Notes: generated from the sequence alone by a model not told the origin. A DNA stretch of 64,000 bases from an uncultured delta proteobacterium (GCA_963761335.1 CAVXGR010000021.1:64001-128000), one strand, 5' to 3'; counted from the first letter of the stretch, positions 20,109 through 30,776 are shown. Numbers and translations: made by a program.

Positions 20109-21493
20109 TCAAGGGGCGGAAGCGTAGCCAGGTAGGTGGGAGAGCTGCTCGTGCAGCCACGCGGCCAGCAGCTGGTTGCCGGCGGCGGTGAAGTGCGGAT
20201 CCATCGGCCTGTCGAAGTAGATGGGACGGCCGCTCCTGTATGCCTCTCGCACCGTCTCGCCGGCGTCGAGAGCCTCGATGCCGAGTTGCCGCGCGACGGC
20301 GAGGATCTGCGGCGCTGAAGTGCGGCTGGTCGGGTCTTCCACCCATTGGCGCGATGGCAGCACGACGACGGTGAAGCCGATCTTCCGCGCCTCAGCTCGG
20401 CGCGGGCCGCATCCAGGATCGCTGCGAGGTGCGAGACGCCAACCTCTTCCGAGGAAATGGTGTGCAGCGGCATCGGTGGAATGCCGGTGACGATGGCGGC
20501 GCTCAGATGAGCTGCGACAGAGGATCGGCCGACCATGGCGCGCAAGAGAAACGGAGGCGGGCTGTGGTGGAGCAGCCAGCTCGCCCCGGGCTTGGCCAAA
20601 TCCACGGCGCTCGGTGTGGCGCAGCGCATCGACAATCCCTCGGGGCCGTATTCCAGAAGCGATTGCCAGCCGCAGCAGGGATAACCGTCATCGAGACCGG
20701 TGATGTCGTTGTCCTCGAATAGGTACATCACCACCAGATCGACGTGTTGCGCCGTGAGCCAGCGACGTAGCACCAGAAGGTAGGCATCCGGCGCCGTGCC
20801 GGGAATGCCGGCGTTGATGTGCTGCGTGTCCGGTTCCAGGTGCTCGAGATCGGCGGCGATCGTCTCGTGGCGCGCCACCCCAAAGCCGAATATCATCGAG
20901 TCGCCGACGTGCAGAACGCTCCGCTTGGCCTCCCGTCGAGATACGAACGTCGAGGGCGTCACGACGTCCGTTTCCTGGCTGGCGTCGAGAATGCCGGGAT
21001 ACCGGCCCCCATAGATGATCGAGCAGACGATCTCCTGGCTGCGAAGATCCCAGGAAGAATGGTGGGTGCCGGCGCGCATCGCGTCGGCGAGCAGCAAGTG
21101 CGGTCCACCCTCTGTCGGGAAGGCGGGCGGCACTGGCAGCCACAGCCGGCAGGCGACCTCCAGCAGTAGCACGCTGCCGCCGAGCGAGCCGGCCGCCAGG
21201 GCGACGCCAGCGCGATTTGCAAGGGCGTCGTGTGCACTCCAGAGAGCCCCGGCACCGATGAAGAGGCCCTCCAGCAAAGCATCCCAGAAGCCGATGAGCG
21301 GGTAGAGCAGGACCAGTACGATGGTCAATGCGACCGGGGTCGCGAGCAGCGCGGCTGCGGCCCTGAAGCCGTCGCAGCGCCTGCCCCGCAAGCGCCGGAT
21401 TACCAACCCGAGGGTTGTGCCCAGCCCGATCGGCACCACGACCAGGGCCACTGCCGTGATTGCCGTCGCGATTGCGAGCGAGGGGTCGTGCAC
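20109..21493 (-). pseudogene. Membrane-anchored SGNH/GDSL hydrolase with one frameshift near 20390
   Basis: HVGDSMIFGFG, INAGIPG and FEDND in one frame; KIGFTVVVLP…DPHFTAAGN (the DxH catalytic motif) continues in another frame. Confidence 0.7.
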
Positions 21494-21544
21494 TTTCTGC
21501 CCACCACCGCGCCGCGGCGACCGGAGTCGGGACCTGCCCCTCGC

Positions 21545-22222
21545 CTACACGCCGAAGAGGGGACCGTGCGCGACGTAGATCAACACCGCCAGGACGATGC
21601 CGATGACGGCACCCATCCACGGGATCTCCGCCAGCGCCAAGTGGTTACGGCCGGCGGCGATTGCGGCGAACGGGAGCAGAGACGTCTCGGCGTAGAACTC
21701 CGCGAGCGCGCCGCCATCAGTGAGGCGCTTGCGGGCGTCCTGGTGTGCGGCCCCGATCGCGCCGAAGGCGACGAAGCCGCCGAAGAAAATGACGTCGGCG
21801 AGAGAGCCGTTGACGAGCAAATGCGCCACGGCCCACAGGCCGATCGCCATGAAGAGCGGATGGCGGGTGACGCGGGTGATGCCGTGGCTGCGCTTCGCCG
21901 CTCCCGGCACCATCCCGGTCGGGCTCGGCTGCACGAAGGAGAGCACCAGGAGGACGAAGGCCGCCGCCGCGAGAATGATGGCGAGCCAGCGCACCGCCGG
22001 GACAAAGCGAAGGTTCCACAATATCGGACCGGAGTGCCGGTGATTGAAGTAGATGATTGCCAGCGGGATGAAGGTCGCCAGGGCGACCAGAGAGTAGATG
22101 CCCTGAAAGCCGCGCTCTCCGAGCCGATCAATGAGGGGCCGCCGCACCGGCATCGCGGAGAGCACCAGGTGCGAGCCCGCGAAGGCGATCCAGAGAAGCA
22201 AGACGGAGAACCAGGCCGGCAT
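21545..22222 (-). CDS. NnrU family membrane protein
   Basis: FAGSHLVLS, GITRVTRHP…WAVAHLLVNG and ETSLLPF motifs. Confidence 0.85.
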   Translation of the reverse strand: MPAWFSVLLLWIAFAGSHLVLSAMPVRRPLIDRLGERGFQGIYSLVALATFIPLAIIYFNHRHSGPILWNLRFVPAVRWLAIILAAAAFVLLVLSFVQPSPTGMVPGAAKRSHGITRVTRHPLFMAIGLWAVAHLLVNGSLADVIFFGGFVAFGAIGAAHQDARKRLTDGGALAEFYAETSLLPFAAIAAGRNHLALAEIPWMGAVIGIVLAVLIYVAHGPLFGV

Positions 22223-22280
22223 CGTCGATCTACCTGAGCGTATCTACGACAAATGCCGGGAAGAATGAAGCGCTCTCCAT

Positions 22281-22874
22281 TCACGGGCGGGCGTGCTTGC
22301 CGACCTCCCACCCCGAGCCCGCCAGGTGCTGCGCCGCGAAGCGACGTGGCTCGTCCTCGAGCTCCGTGGCGAAGGTGTCGTTCCAGCGATTCAACCAGCC
22401 GAACAGCGCCGCCACCGCGACCATCTCGACGATCTGCTCTTCGCTGAAGTGTTGGCGCAGCTGCGTGAAGTGTTCGGGGGTGACGTTGTTGGGAACGATC
22501 GCCGCGTCGCGGGCGAGACGCAGCGCGATCCGTTCGGCGTCGCTGAAGTCGGGGTAGGTGTCGAACTCGAAGGCGTGCTCGATCTTCTCCGCCGGCACGC
22601 CGAAGCGCGCCGCGTGCGCCGAGGTGTGCGCCTGACAGTAGCGGCACCCGGAGGCGTTACTGGCGACGTAGGCGATCAGCTGCTTCAGACCCGGGTCGAC
22701 CGTCCCCGGGCCGATCACGGCGCCGGCGAGCATGGAGAAGGGGCGGAGGATGTCCGGGCAGCGCCCCATGACGTAGAGGCTCCGCGGCACGAACCCCATC
22801 GAGGCTTCCGCCATCTGGAAGAAAGGCTCGAACTCGGCCAGCTGCTCACGCGGTATGGGTGGAACATGGGACAT
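22281..22874 (-). CDS. Carboxymuconolactone decarboxylase / AhpD-like peroxidase
   Basis: CRYCQAH motif and FGWLNRWNDT. Confidence 0.85.
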   Translation of the reverse strand: MSHVPPIPREQLAEFEPFFQMAEASMGFVPRSLYVMGRCPDILRPFSMLAGAVIGPGTVDPGLKQLIAYVASNASGCRYCQAHTSAHAARFGVPAEKIEHAFEFDTYPDFSDAERIALRLARDAAIVPNNVTPEHFTQLRQHFSEEQIVEMVAVAALFGWLNRWNDTFATELEDEPRRFAAQHLAGSGWEVGKHARP

Positions 22875-22931
22875 TTCGCATTCTCCTCTCGGTTGGTTTG
22901 CTGGACTCTGGTGGTTCGACTGCCAGATTGC

Positions 22932-23732
22932 TCAATCGGCGCGGCCGGCGATTGCCTCGACCTGCGGCCAGACAGCTTCTCCGTTCTGACGCAGCATGGC
23001 CACCGCCGCTTCGGGAGCCCACTTCGAGACGGCGATCTCGAATGCCGGACGGGCCTGTACCCGCTCATACCAGCGGGCCAGGGAGGGGCGCGCATCGGCG
23101 GCAAGGAGCGGCGTCATCGCCAGATGATCCAGGCGAAGCACGTACGGGAGCACGCAGGCATCCGCGAGGCCGAAGGAGCTGCCCGAGAGCCAATCGCGCT
23201 GCGCCAGCGTTACCTCCGCCCGGTCGAGGAGGTCGATCATTTTTCTCAGGGCGCCGGCAAACTCGGGCGCCTCGACCCCGTGCTCGATGACGCTGCGACG
23301 CGCCTCGCGTTCCGCCGGATCGGGAATCGAGCTGATGTTGGCCTCCAGCATCTCCTTGGGCAGCTGCAGCAGGAGGTTGCGCGGGCCGATGGCAAAGGTC
23401 ACCACGGCGGTGGCGGCGTGGGCTTTTTCGTCGACGCGCTTCGTCCACAGGCGGACCTCGTGCCGCCCGCGGGCGTCGCTCGGCCGCATTGGTATCGCGG
23501 GGAAAGCTTCGTCGAGGTACTCGTTGATGAGGGTCGACTCGATCAGCACGGCGCCGTCGTGCACCAGCGTCGGCACGACGTGGTTCGGATTCAGCTTTAC
23601 GTACTCCGAATCGTGCTGGCCCCCGGTCATGAGATCGACCTCGTGGGACACGAAGTCGAGCCCCTTCTCCGCCAACACCAGGCGGACCTTCTGGGAGCAA
23701 GTCGAGAATGCATAGTGGTAGAGCTCGAGCAT
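22932..23732 (-). CDS. Glutathione S-transferase family protein
   Basis: MLELYH…STCSQKVRLVLAEKGL, LNPNHVVPTL, IESTLINEYLD and FGLAD; AAGGAG RBS. Confidence 0.9.
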   Translation of the reverse strand: MLELYHYAFSTCSQKVRLVLAEKGLDFVSHEVDLMTGGQHDSEYVKLNPNHVVPTLVHDGAVLIESTLINEYLDEAFPAIPMRPSDARGRHEVRLWTKRVDEKAHAATAVVTFAIGPRNLLLQLPKEMLEANISSIPDPAEREARRSVIEHGVEAPEFAGALRKMIDLLDRAEVTLAQRDWLSGSSFGLADACVLPYVLRLDHLAMTPLLAADARPSLARWYERVQARPAFEIAVSKWAPEAAVAMLRQNGEAVWPQVEAIAGRAD

Positions 23733-23764
23733 GATGGGTGATCTCCTTTCCGTGTGTGATTGAG

Positions 23765-25492
23765 CTAGTGGCCGAGAATCGCCTGCACGACTCGTCTCAG
23801 CTCGCCTTCCGGGTCGGGCACCGCTTGTGGGCATCGCCAGGCGACGATGCGGTCCGGGCGAATGAGCAGGCAACCCCGATCACTCACCTCGCGGGCGCGG
23901 ATCCATTGGCCGAGGACGTCGTTGTTGCGCTGGCCGAGGCCGACGATGACCGGCTCGATCCTCACTCCCGTCTGGCGCGCCACCTGCCCGCATGCCTCGG
24001 CCCAGGCGGCGCCCTCGGTTCCGATCAGCAGCGTGAAACGGTCGTAGCCGCAGAGGTCGAGTGTGGAAACGTCCTCGGTGCCGCGCTGCAGCCATACGTG
24101 CGGAAGATGGGCGCCGGGATGAGTCGTCGGGCGGTAGTAGAGCTCCGGGTCGCGCTCGTAGGCGGGGAACGGGGTGCCGTCGCCGACGACGGCATTTGAT
24201 TCATAGCGCTGGCCGAGCTCGACGCCGTGGGCGTTGAACTGGCCGTTCATCAGGTCCAGCCCGGCGAGGAGCTCTTCCCTCTGCTTCTCGCCTCCCGGAC
24301 CGAGAAGGCGGTCGACGGCGGCCATGGCGTCCGGGCGTGACTGACCGGGATGAAAGCCCAGCGCACTCATCCATCCACCCATCTCGGCGACACTGCGGTT
24401 GGCCCGGTCGACCACCTGTCGTCCTACGGGCTGCCGCTCGGCGCTGTAGCTGTCGAGCAGTCGATCGTCGGCATGGCCCGCAACCACCAACGCCAGCTTC
24501 CACGCCAGGTTGTAGCTGTCCTGAATCGACGTATTGCTTCCCAGGCCGTTGGCCGGCGGGTGCCGGTGGGCCGCATCGCCGGCGATGAACAGCCGCCCCT
24601 CGCGGTAGCGGGAGGCGACGACGTGATTGAACTGCCACTCGCTGATCTTCTTGATCTTGATGTCCACCGAAGGATCACCGATCGCGGCGCGCACGCGCCG
24701 CATGACCGACTCCTCCGACAGATCGCTCGGTTCGAGGCCGGGGCGCGTGAAGATCGTGCTCCATTCCGTCCACGGCTCGACGCAGGTCCAGATGCTGAGG
24801 AGGTCTTCGCCGCCGGGATTGCAGACGAAGAAAAGGGCGCCGGAGCGGTGCCGGGTGTAGCGAGTGAGGTCGGCCTCGATCCAGACCGTGATCGCATTGC
24901 CCAGACCGGCCGCGCCTTCGAGCTCGAAACCCCCTTCCTCGCCGACGATGGAACGGGCGCCGTCGCAGCCGACGATGTAGCGCGCACTGACCTCGAGCTC
25001 CGCGCCGTCGACGCGCCTTCGCACCCGCGCCACGGCGCGGTCCGCGGTCTGCCGGACCGCGACCACCTCGTGATTGAAGCGGATGTCGGCGCCGAAGCCG
25101 CGAGCGGCGTCGAGAAGGATGGGCTCCAGCACGTGCTGGGGAGCGTTGCACATCTCGCACGGGCTGGCCGAGCGGTAGTCGGCGAGGCGGTCGTCGCCCG
25201 TGCCCCAGGTCATCATGCGAGAGAGCTCGCGCCCGGCGAAGGAGGTGGCGAACACCTGCTTGCCCATCAGATGCTGAGGCAGCGCCCGCTGCTTGACCTG
25301 CGGCTCGATTCCCAGGTCGCGAAAGATCTCCACGGCGCGCTGATTGGTGATGTGGGCCCGCGGCGAGTCGGCGGTGTCGCCGTACTTGGTCAGAGTCACG
25401 GACGGCACGCCGCTGCGGGCCAGCAGCGCTGCGGCGGTCAGCCCGGCGGGGCCGGCGCCGACCACGAGAACATCGGTTTTCACGTCTTCCAC
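23765..25492 (-). CDS. FAD-dependent phenol monooxygenase (2,4-dichlorophenol hydroxylase TfdB-like)
   Basis: GAGPAG, PRAHITNQR, GDAAHRHPPANGLGSNTSIQDSYNLAWKL, HGVELGQRY and LIRPD motifs. Confidence 0.85.
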   Translation of the reverse strand: MEDVKTDVLVVGAGPAGLTAAALLARSGVPSVTLTKYGDTADSPRAHITNQRAVEIFRDLGIEPQVKQRALPQHLMGKQVFATSFAGRELSRMMTWGTGDDRLADYRSASPCEMCNAPQHVLEPILLDAARGFGADIRFNHEVVAVRQTADRAVARVRRRVDGAELEVSARYIVGCDGARSIVGEEGGFELEGAAGLGNAITVWIEADLTRYTRHRSGALFFVCNPGGEDLLSIWTCVEPWTEWSTIFTRPGLEPSDLSEESVMRRVRAAIGDPSVDIKIKKISEWQFNHVVASRYREGRLFIAGDAAHRHPPANGLGSNTSIQDSYNLAWKLALVVAGHADDRLLDSYSAERQPVGRQVVDRANRSVAEMGGWMSALGFHPGQSRPDAMAAVDRLLGPGGEKQREELLAGLDLMNGQFNAHGVELGQRYESNAVVGDGTPFPAYERDPELYYRPTTHPGAHLPHVWLQRGTEDVSTLDLCGYDRFTLLIGTEGAAWAEACGQVARQTGVRIEPVIVGLGQRNNDVLGQWIRAREVSDRGCLLIRPDRIVAWRCPQAVPDPEGELRRVVQAILGH

Positions 25493-25537
25493 GGCTATCC
25501 TCCTGGCCTGCAGCGGCCGTCGCGGCCGCGAGTTTCG

Positions 25538-25586
25538 TTATTCAACTGACAAGTAACGGCTTGACGTTCGCTTGTCAAGTGAATAA
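25538..25586. promoter_or_regulatory. Putative TetR operator between divergent genes
   Basis: TTATTCAACTGACAAG … CTTGTCAAGTGAATAA is an inverted repeat (14/16 match) in an AT-rich intergenic region, and it contains a TTGAC -35-like element. Confidence 0.65.
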
Positions 25587-25597
25587 CATAAATTTCC

Positions 25598-26202
25598 ATG
25601 AACAGCCGTGACCAACAGCGGGAGCAGACCCGAGAGCGCATCATCGAGGCAGCGGCGCGGGCCTTCGCGGAGCACGGCTTTCGCGCCGCCAGCACGCGCG
25701 ACATCGCCACCCGCGCCGGGGCGAATCAGGGGCTCATCACCTATCACTTCCGCAGCAAGGAGGAGCTGTGGAAGGCGGCTGCGGGCCGCGTCTTCGGGAT
25801 TCTCCAGGGCAGCTTCGAGCGCTCGACCGACGGCGGCGCGGCGAAGGACCCGCGCGAGCCGGCGCGCGCGGCGATCCGCCAGTACGTGCGCTTCGCGGCG
25901 GCGCACCCGGAGCTATTCCGACTGATGGTCGACGAGGGCAAGAACAAGGAAGCGCGGATGCGCTGGCTCGTCGATACCCATTTGAAGCCACTCTACGCGT
26001 CCTTCGAGCGGCTGGTGCGCAGGTACAATCCGCAGATGGACGGCGCCCTGATTCCGCACGCCTACTACGCCCTGGCCGGCGCCGGGTCTCTGATCTTCGC
26101 TGTGGCCCCCGAGTGCCGCCGTCTCACCGGCGTCGACCCGAGCCCGCGCTAGTAGCCGTCGAGGTGCACGCCGAGTTCGTCGCTCGACTCCTCGTCCCGT
26201 AG
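25598..26202 (+). CDS. TetR family regulator; apparent frameshift near 26145 (TAGTAG), with the natural-looking C-terminus ending at 26202
   Basis: HTH RIIEAAARAFAEHGF…ITYHFRSKEELW. AVEVHAEFVARLLVP* follows in another frame. Confidence 0.8.
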
Positions 26203-26232
26203 ACCAACCCGCCAACCCGCTCACCATCCGCA

Positions 26233-26410
26233 GTGCTCCTCGGCGCGCTCGGCGATGCCGAGCAGCGCCAGACCATCGAGCTTGCCTACTTTGGGGGCCT
26301 GAGTCATACGGAGATAGCGCTGAAGCTTGGACAGCCCATTGGGAACGGTGAAGACGCGCATCCGCACCGCGATGATGCACCTGCGAGCCGCACTCGGCCG
26401 CTTGGAAGCG
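26233..26410 (+). pseudogene. ECF sigma factor region-4 remnant
   Basis: EQRQTIELAYFGGLSHTEIA..LGQP, then a frameshift, then LGTVKTRIRTAM..LR. No region 2 is present upstream. Confidence 0.7.
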
Positions 26411-26549
26411 TCGCCGGCGGCGGTCGGGAAGGGGCGGGGCCTGGCGGACCACGACCCGCCGGCCGACCACCGCGAACGCGCCTCCTCGAGCGAACGGCCC
26501 GCGGCCCGATCACTGGGTCGTCGAGGGGGGAGAGGACATCGACCTCGCC

Positions 26550-27104
26550 ATGAAGCTGGCGTCGCTCTGCTGCACCGGCGTATCGGTGCGGCGCACCGCG
26601 CCGGAGGCGACCGCCACCTCGGAGGTGGCGACCTTGGACATATCCGGAGAATGTCACTGGCCCGACGGCATCGGTCTGCTCGCCACTCTCGCGGTCACGC
26701 CGCGAGAGGGCTCTCCCTCGACGCGGCGAGTGCTCGACTTCGGGCCCTCTGCATACGCGGTTCCCGGTGCAATCGTTCGCGATCTGCACATCGGCGCCCT
26801 GCGATCTCTGCGAATCACTTGGGAGGGCGTCCTCGTTCCTCTGCTTCCGGGAGCGCAGGCGATTGCCTTGGTCGTGCAGCGAGGACACGGCAAGCTGCGC
26901 ATTGGCAGCAGTGAAGTGGACGCCCACGACGCAGGCAATTCGACCTTTCGAGGCGAGATCGAGGCCGCCATCGACGGGCCGGTGCCGATCTCCGTCGAGG
27001 TCGAGACCTCGAGCACCGCCCTGCCGGTGCCCCGTCTCTATTGGCGCCGGGGAGACTCTCCGCCGTCTCCGGTGCCGCCGTGGGCACTGCGCCCATCACC
27101 GTGA
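26550..27104 (+). CDS. Hypothetical protein, weakly PA14-like C-terminus
   Basis: ORF with ITWEG…VPISVE…RLYW…PVP; function unclear. Confidence 0.35.
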   Translation: MKLASLCCTGVSVRRTAPEATATSEVATLDISGECHWPDGIGLLATLAVTPREGSPSTRRVLDFGPSAYAVPGAIVRDLHIGALRSLRITWEGVLVPLLPGAQAIALVVQRGHGKLRIGSSEVDAHDAGNSTFRGEIEAAIDGPVPISVEVETSSTALPVPRLYWRRGDSPPSPVPPWALRPSP

Positions 27105-27216
27105 TCGACGACCCGAGCCGCGGCGCCGCCGCCGTGATTCCGGGCCTCCGCCGCCTCGCGGCCGATTGACACTGCCCCTGCCGGGACCATACACCCTCGG
27201 CGGGGAGGCAAGACCA

Positions 27217-28254
27217 ATGCGATTCGGATTGAACGTCGGTTACTCGGGCTCGCGCCTGGCGATCAACATGGAGCTGATCAAGGAGGCCGACCGTCTCGGC
27301 TTCCATTCGGTGTGGGCGGCCGAGGCCTATGGCTCCGATGCGGTGACGCCGCTGGCGTGGATCGCCGGGCAGACGGAGCGCATCCACGTGGGCACGGCCA
27401 TCATGCAGATGCCGGCGCGCTCGCCGGCGATGACCGCGATGACGGCGACGACTCTCGATCAGCTCTCGGGTGGCCGCTTCCTGCTCGGCCTCGGCGTCTC
27501 CGGCCCGCAGGTGGTCGAAGGATGGCACGGCGTTCCCTACGGCAAGCCTCTGCGGCGCACGCGCGAGTACGTCGAGATCGTCCGTTCCATCTGGGCGCGC
27601 GAGAAGCCCCTCGAGCACCAGGGAGAGCACTATCAGATCCCCAATCGCAGCGCGGGCACGACGGGCCTCGGCAAGCCGCTGAAGAGCATTCTGCACGGGC
27701 GACAGATTCCCATCTACATCGCCGCCACCGGCTTGAAGAGCGTGGCGCAGACGGCCGAGATCGCCGACGGCTGGTTGCCGATCTTCTTCTCGCCGTTCCG
27801 GGCCCCCGGGGTCTATCGCGAGGCCCTGGAGTCGGGATTTTCCCGCGCCGGTGGTGGCAAGGGTCTCGATCAGTTCGACATCGCCGCCAGCCCGACGGTG
27901 ATCATCGGTGACGACGTGGCGCTCTGCCTGCGCTTCATCAAGCCCGTCCTCGCCCTGTACGTCGGCGGCATGGGGGCCCGCGGCAAGAACTTCTACAACG
28001 ACCTCGCCTGCCGCTACGGCTTCGAGGCGGCGGCGGCGAAGATCCAGGACCTCTATCTGGACGGCAAGAAGGACGAGGCGGCGGCGGCCGTACCCGACGA
28101 GCTCGCCGACGAGGTGGCGCTGGTCGGTCCCAAGGAGCGCATTCGCGAGCGCCTCGGCGCCTGGCGCGAGTCCGGGGTGACGACGATGATCTGCGGCATT
28201 CCACCGGTGAACTCCGTCGACACGCTGCGCACCATCGCCGAGGTCGCCATGTAG
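27217..28254 (+). CDS. LLM-class F420-dependent oxidoreductase
   Basis: [39 protein letters not shown] and [21 protein letters not shown]. Confidence 0.9.
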   Translation: MRFGLNVGYSGSRLAINMELIKEADRLGFHSVWAAEAYGSDAVTPLAWIAGQTERIHVGTAIMQMPARSPAMTAMTATTLDQLSGGRFLLGLGVSGPQVVEGWHGVPYGKPLRRTREYVEIVRSIWAREKPLEHQGEHYQIPNRSAGTTGLGKPLKSILHGRQIPIYIAATGLKSVAQTAEIADGWLPIFFSPFRAPGVYREALESGFSRAGGGKGLDQFDIAASPTVIIGDDVALCLRFIKPVLALYVGGMGARGKNFYNDLACRYGFEAAAAKIQDLYLDGKKDEAAAAVPDELADEVALVGPKERIRERLGAWRESGVTTMICGIPPVNSVDTLRTIAEVAM

Positions 28255-28289
28255 AGGGGGCTCCGCCCCGTGCGCCGATGCCGTCTGCG

Positions 28290-28637
28290 TCAGCGCCCGT
28301 GGGTGTACTTGATGATCTCGGCGTGCTCGAGGGTAACCAGGCCGCCGCCCCCGGCCGCCTCCATGAGCGTGTCGAGGTGCGGCAGGGCGTCGCGGATCTT
28401 CTCCTCCGTATCGACGATCTCGATGAGCACCGGCAGATCCTCGGAGAGGCGGAGGATCTTGGCGGTGTGAATCCGGCTGGCGGCGCCGTAGCCCTCGATG
28501 CCGCGCCAGACGGTGGCCCCGGCGAGCCCGAGCTCGCGCGCCTTGAGGACGATCGCCTCGAACAGCGGCCGGCCCTCGGCTTGGTCGGATTCGCCGACGA
28601 AGATGCGGAGCAACTTGCCATTTCCCGAGATCTTCAC
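28290..28637 (-). CDS. DUF190 (PII-like) protein
   Basis: LLRIFVGESD…GLAGATVWRGIEGYG…LSEDLP; lies downstream of crcB. Confidence 0.9.
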   Translation of the reverse strand: MKISGNGKLLRIFVGESDQAEGRPLFEAIVLKARELGLAGATVWRGIEGYGAASRIHTAKILRLSEDLPVLIEIVDTEEKIRDALPHLDTLMEAAGGGGLVTLEHAEIIKYTHGR

Positions 28638-28653
28638 GGCTACGGCTCCTCTC

Positions 28654-29028
28654 TCAGAGAATGCGGATCATCAGCGCTCCGAGCCAGACGCCGAGCAGGC
28701 AGAGCGCCATGGTGGTGGCGGCGTTGAGCAGACCCAGGAAGGCGCTGCCGTCGCGCAGCAGGGCGATGGTCTCGTAGCTGAAGGTCGACATGGTCGTGAA
28801 GCCGCCGCAGAAGCCGACGGCGAGGCAGAGGCGCATGTTCGGTCCGAGCAGCGCGCGCTCCAGCGACAGCGCCATGAGAAGACCGAGAATGAAGCTGCCG
28901 GCGACGTTGACCGCCAGCGTGCCCAGCGGGAACTGCGATCCCTGCGCCTGCTGCACCAGCCCGGCGACCCAGTAGCGTCCCACCGATCCGAAGAAGCCGC
29001 CGAGGCCGACGAGAAGGGCGCGCGTCAT
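28654..29028 (-). CDS. crcB: Fluoride channel CrcB/Fluc
   Basis: GGFFGSVGRY, FPLGTLAVN and GFCGGFTTMSTF; 124 aa. Confidence 0.92.
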   Translation of the reverse strand: MTRALLVGLGGFFGSVGRYWVAGLVQQAQGSQFPLGTLAVNVAGSFILGLLMALSLERALLGPNMRLCLAVGFCGGFTTMSTFSYETIALLRDGSAFLGLLNAATTMALCLLGVWLGALMIRIL

Positions 29029-29087
29029 GCCCCACGCAAAGCACAGCGGCTTGTACCCGGCAAGTGTCTCGGTGGGCTCGCCTCCGA

Positions 29088-30776
29088 CTAGCGAACCTCG
29101 ACCGGGAGCCGCAGCTCGGCGTTGCCGAAGGCGCCCTGATCGATGCTGCGCACCTGCACGACGCGGAAGATCAGCTCGGCGCTGCCGCGGCGCGATGGCG
29201 GGGGAATGGCGGCGGTGAGGTCGATCTGATCGCCGGCTCCGAGGTTCTTGGGGAGCATGGTCACCGCCACCTCGTCGGCGATCACGGCCACCACCTCGAC
29301 CTGCAGATAGCCGTAGTCGCTGAAGGCCGGCCAGCTGGCTGTTCCCTGGTTGGTCAGCAGCAGTCGTAGCTGCGAGCCCTGTCCCCGGTGCAGCGTCATC
29401 GGTGTCGACTGCGGTGCGGCGAGCTCGACCCGGCCGTCGAGCTCCGCTTCTCTCAGGGGGCGCAGGTATGCGGGCTCGGGTCGGGTGAATACCTGCCACA
29501 GCAGCGGCGCCAGCTGGGTGCCGTGCCAGCCGTCGCGGGCGGCCCGCAACACCTGCCAGTCGCCCCATTGCCAGGCGCGCTCCGGTGCCCGGTCGATGGT
29601 GATCGGCGTGCGGTTCCAGGAGTTGGCGTCGAAGTAGACGCCGATCGCCTGCACGCCGACGCTCCAGACGAGCAGGACAACCAGCAAGGCGCGGCCAGCC
29701 GCGGAGCGCCACAAGCGCTGCGCGGTGTCCGCGCCGAGGAGGGCGGCGGCGGGTAGAATGTCGACCAGGAAGCGCGGCCCATAGGTCTCGCCGGCCCACC
29801 AATAGTGAAACGAGGAGTAGAAGAGAAGGTAGAGGCCGATGCCGGCGGCGGCGTAGACGATCCAGGGCGGCTGCAAGCGCCGCCAGCGGAACATCGGCGG
29901 GATTGCCAGGGCGACCACCGGTGAGAAGACCAGCAGGCCGCGGTTGGCGCTGAACAGCAGGCCGAAGGTGCGCTCCAGGCTCGGAGTCTCCGGCAGGCTG
30001 CGGTAGCCGCCGCGCACGCCGCCGAGACTGCCGAGGTTGTAGAGGAGCAGCACTGTGGCGCCGGCGAGGGCCGGCAGGATGAAGATCGGCAGCCAGCTGC
30101 GGCGGTGGCGCATCACGAAGACCGTGGCCACCACCGCGAAGATCACCATGGTCGGCCGCGCCATGGCGCCGTAGGTGGCGAAGATGGCGGCGCCGGCCGC
30201 CATCCACAGCGACGGGGGTTGCAGCAGGCAGAGGCTGAGACCCGCCAGGCTGAGCTCAGCCGAAGCGTGCTGCCAGAGTGTCTGGCTGCTGATCACCCAG
30301 GTGCTGGTGGCAAAGGCGTAGCCCACGGCAACTGCTGCGGCCCAGCCCGGTGAGGTGATCGCGCACAGCGCCAGGAACAGCAGCGCCACCGAGGCGGCGG
30401 TGATCGCTGCGGCGCCGACGCGGTCCATGACCGCCGCCACCAGCCGAAACGCCACTCGCTGGTCGTCGACGTGGTGGGCGCGCAGCCATGCCACCGCCGG
30501 CAGATACAGCGGCGTGATCAACACCGGGGTGGCCACCGGGTACTTGGACATCCAGTGCCCACCGCGGGATTGCTTGAGGAAGTACGGCACGGCGGGTTGT
30601 CGCAGCCATGCGAACTCGTCGAGGTCGAGGTTGCCCTGGCGCAGCAAGCTGAAGGGGAGCAGGCGCGTCGGCAGCGAGTCCCAGGTGGTGGCCGGCCGCA
30701 GGTTGCCCACATAGACGAGAAAGCAGAGGCCTCCCAGAGCCAGAGCGACAGCGCATCGGCGCAACGGGTTCATCAT
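29088..30776 (-). CDS. Polytopic membrane protein, GT-C-like, with C-terminal Ig-like domain
   Basis: SKYP, SQTLWQH, RGLLVFSP and WWAG.TYGPRF motifs; many TM segments. Confidence 0.6.
   Translation of the reverse strand: MMNPLRRCAVALALGGLCFLVYVGNLRPATTWDSLPTRLLPFSLLRQGNLDLDEFAWLRQPAVPYFLKQSRGGHWMSKYPVATPVLITPLYLPAVAWLRAHHVDDQRVAFRLVAAVMDRVGAAAITAASVALLFLALCAITSPGWAAAVAVGYAFATSTWVISSQTLWQHASAELSLAGLSLCLLQPPSLWMAAGAAIFATYGAMARPTMVIFAVVATVFVMRHRRSWLPIFILPALAGATVLLLYNLGSLGGVRGGYRSLPETPSLERTFGLLFSANRGLLVFSPVVALAIPPMFRWRRLQPPWIVYAAAGIGLYLLFYSSFHYWWAGETYGPRFLVDILPAAALLGADTAQRLWRSAAGRALLVVLLVWSVGVQAIGVYFDANSWNRTPITIDRAPERAWQWGDWQVLRAARDGWHGTQLAPLLWQVFTRPEPAYLRPLREAELDGRVELAAPQSTPMTLHRGQGSQLRLLLTNQGTASWPAFSDYGYLQVEVVAVIADEVAVTMLPKNLGAGDQIDLTAAIPPPSRRGSAELIFRVVQVRSIDQGAFGNAELRLPVEVR

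Noticed and set aside
26147..26156. Amber readthrough or pyrrolysine at TAGTAG in TetR
   Set aside because: The plausible C-terminus continues in a different frame, so an indel explains it. No pyl genes are in the window.
29029..29110. Fluoride riboswitch upstream of crcB
   Set aside because: I could not find the GGCGATGG…TGATG consensus or pseudoknot in the short leader.
28654..30207. 517-aa CrcB fusion
   Set aside because: It is an off-frame extension over the membrane protein gene; CrcB is the final 124 aa.
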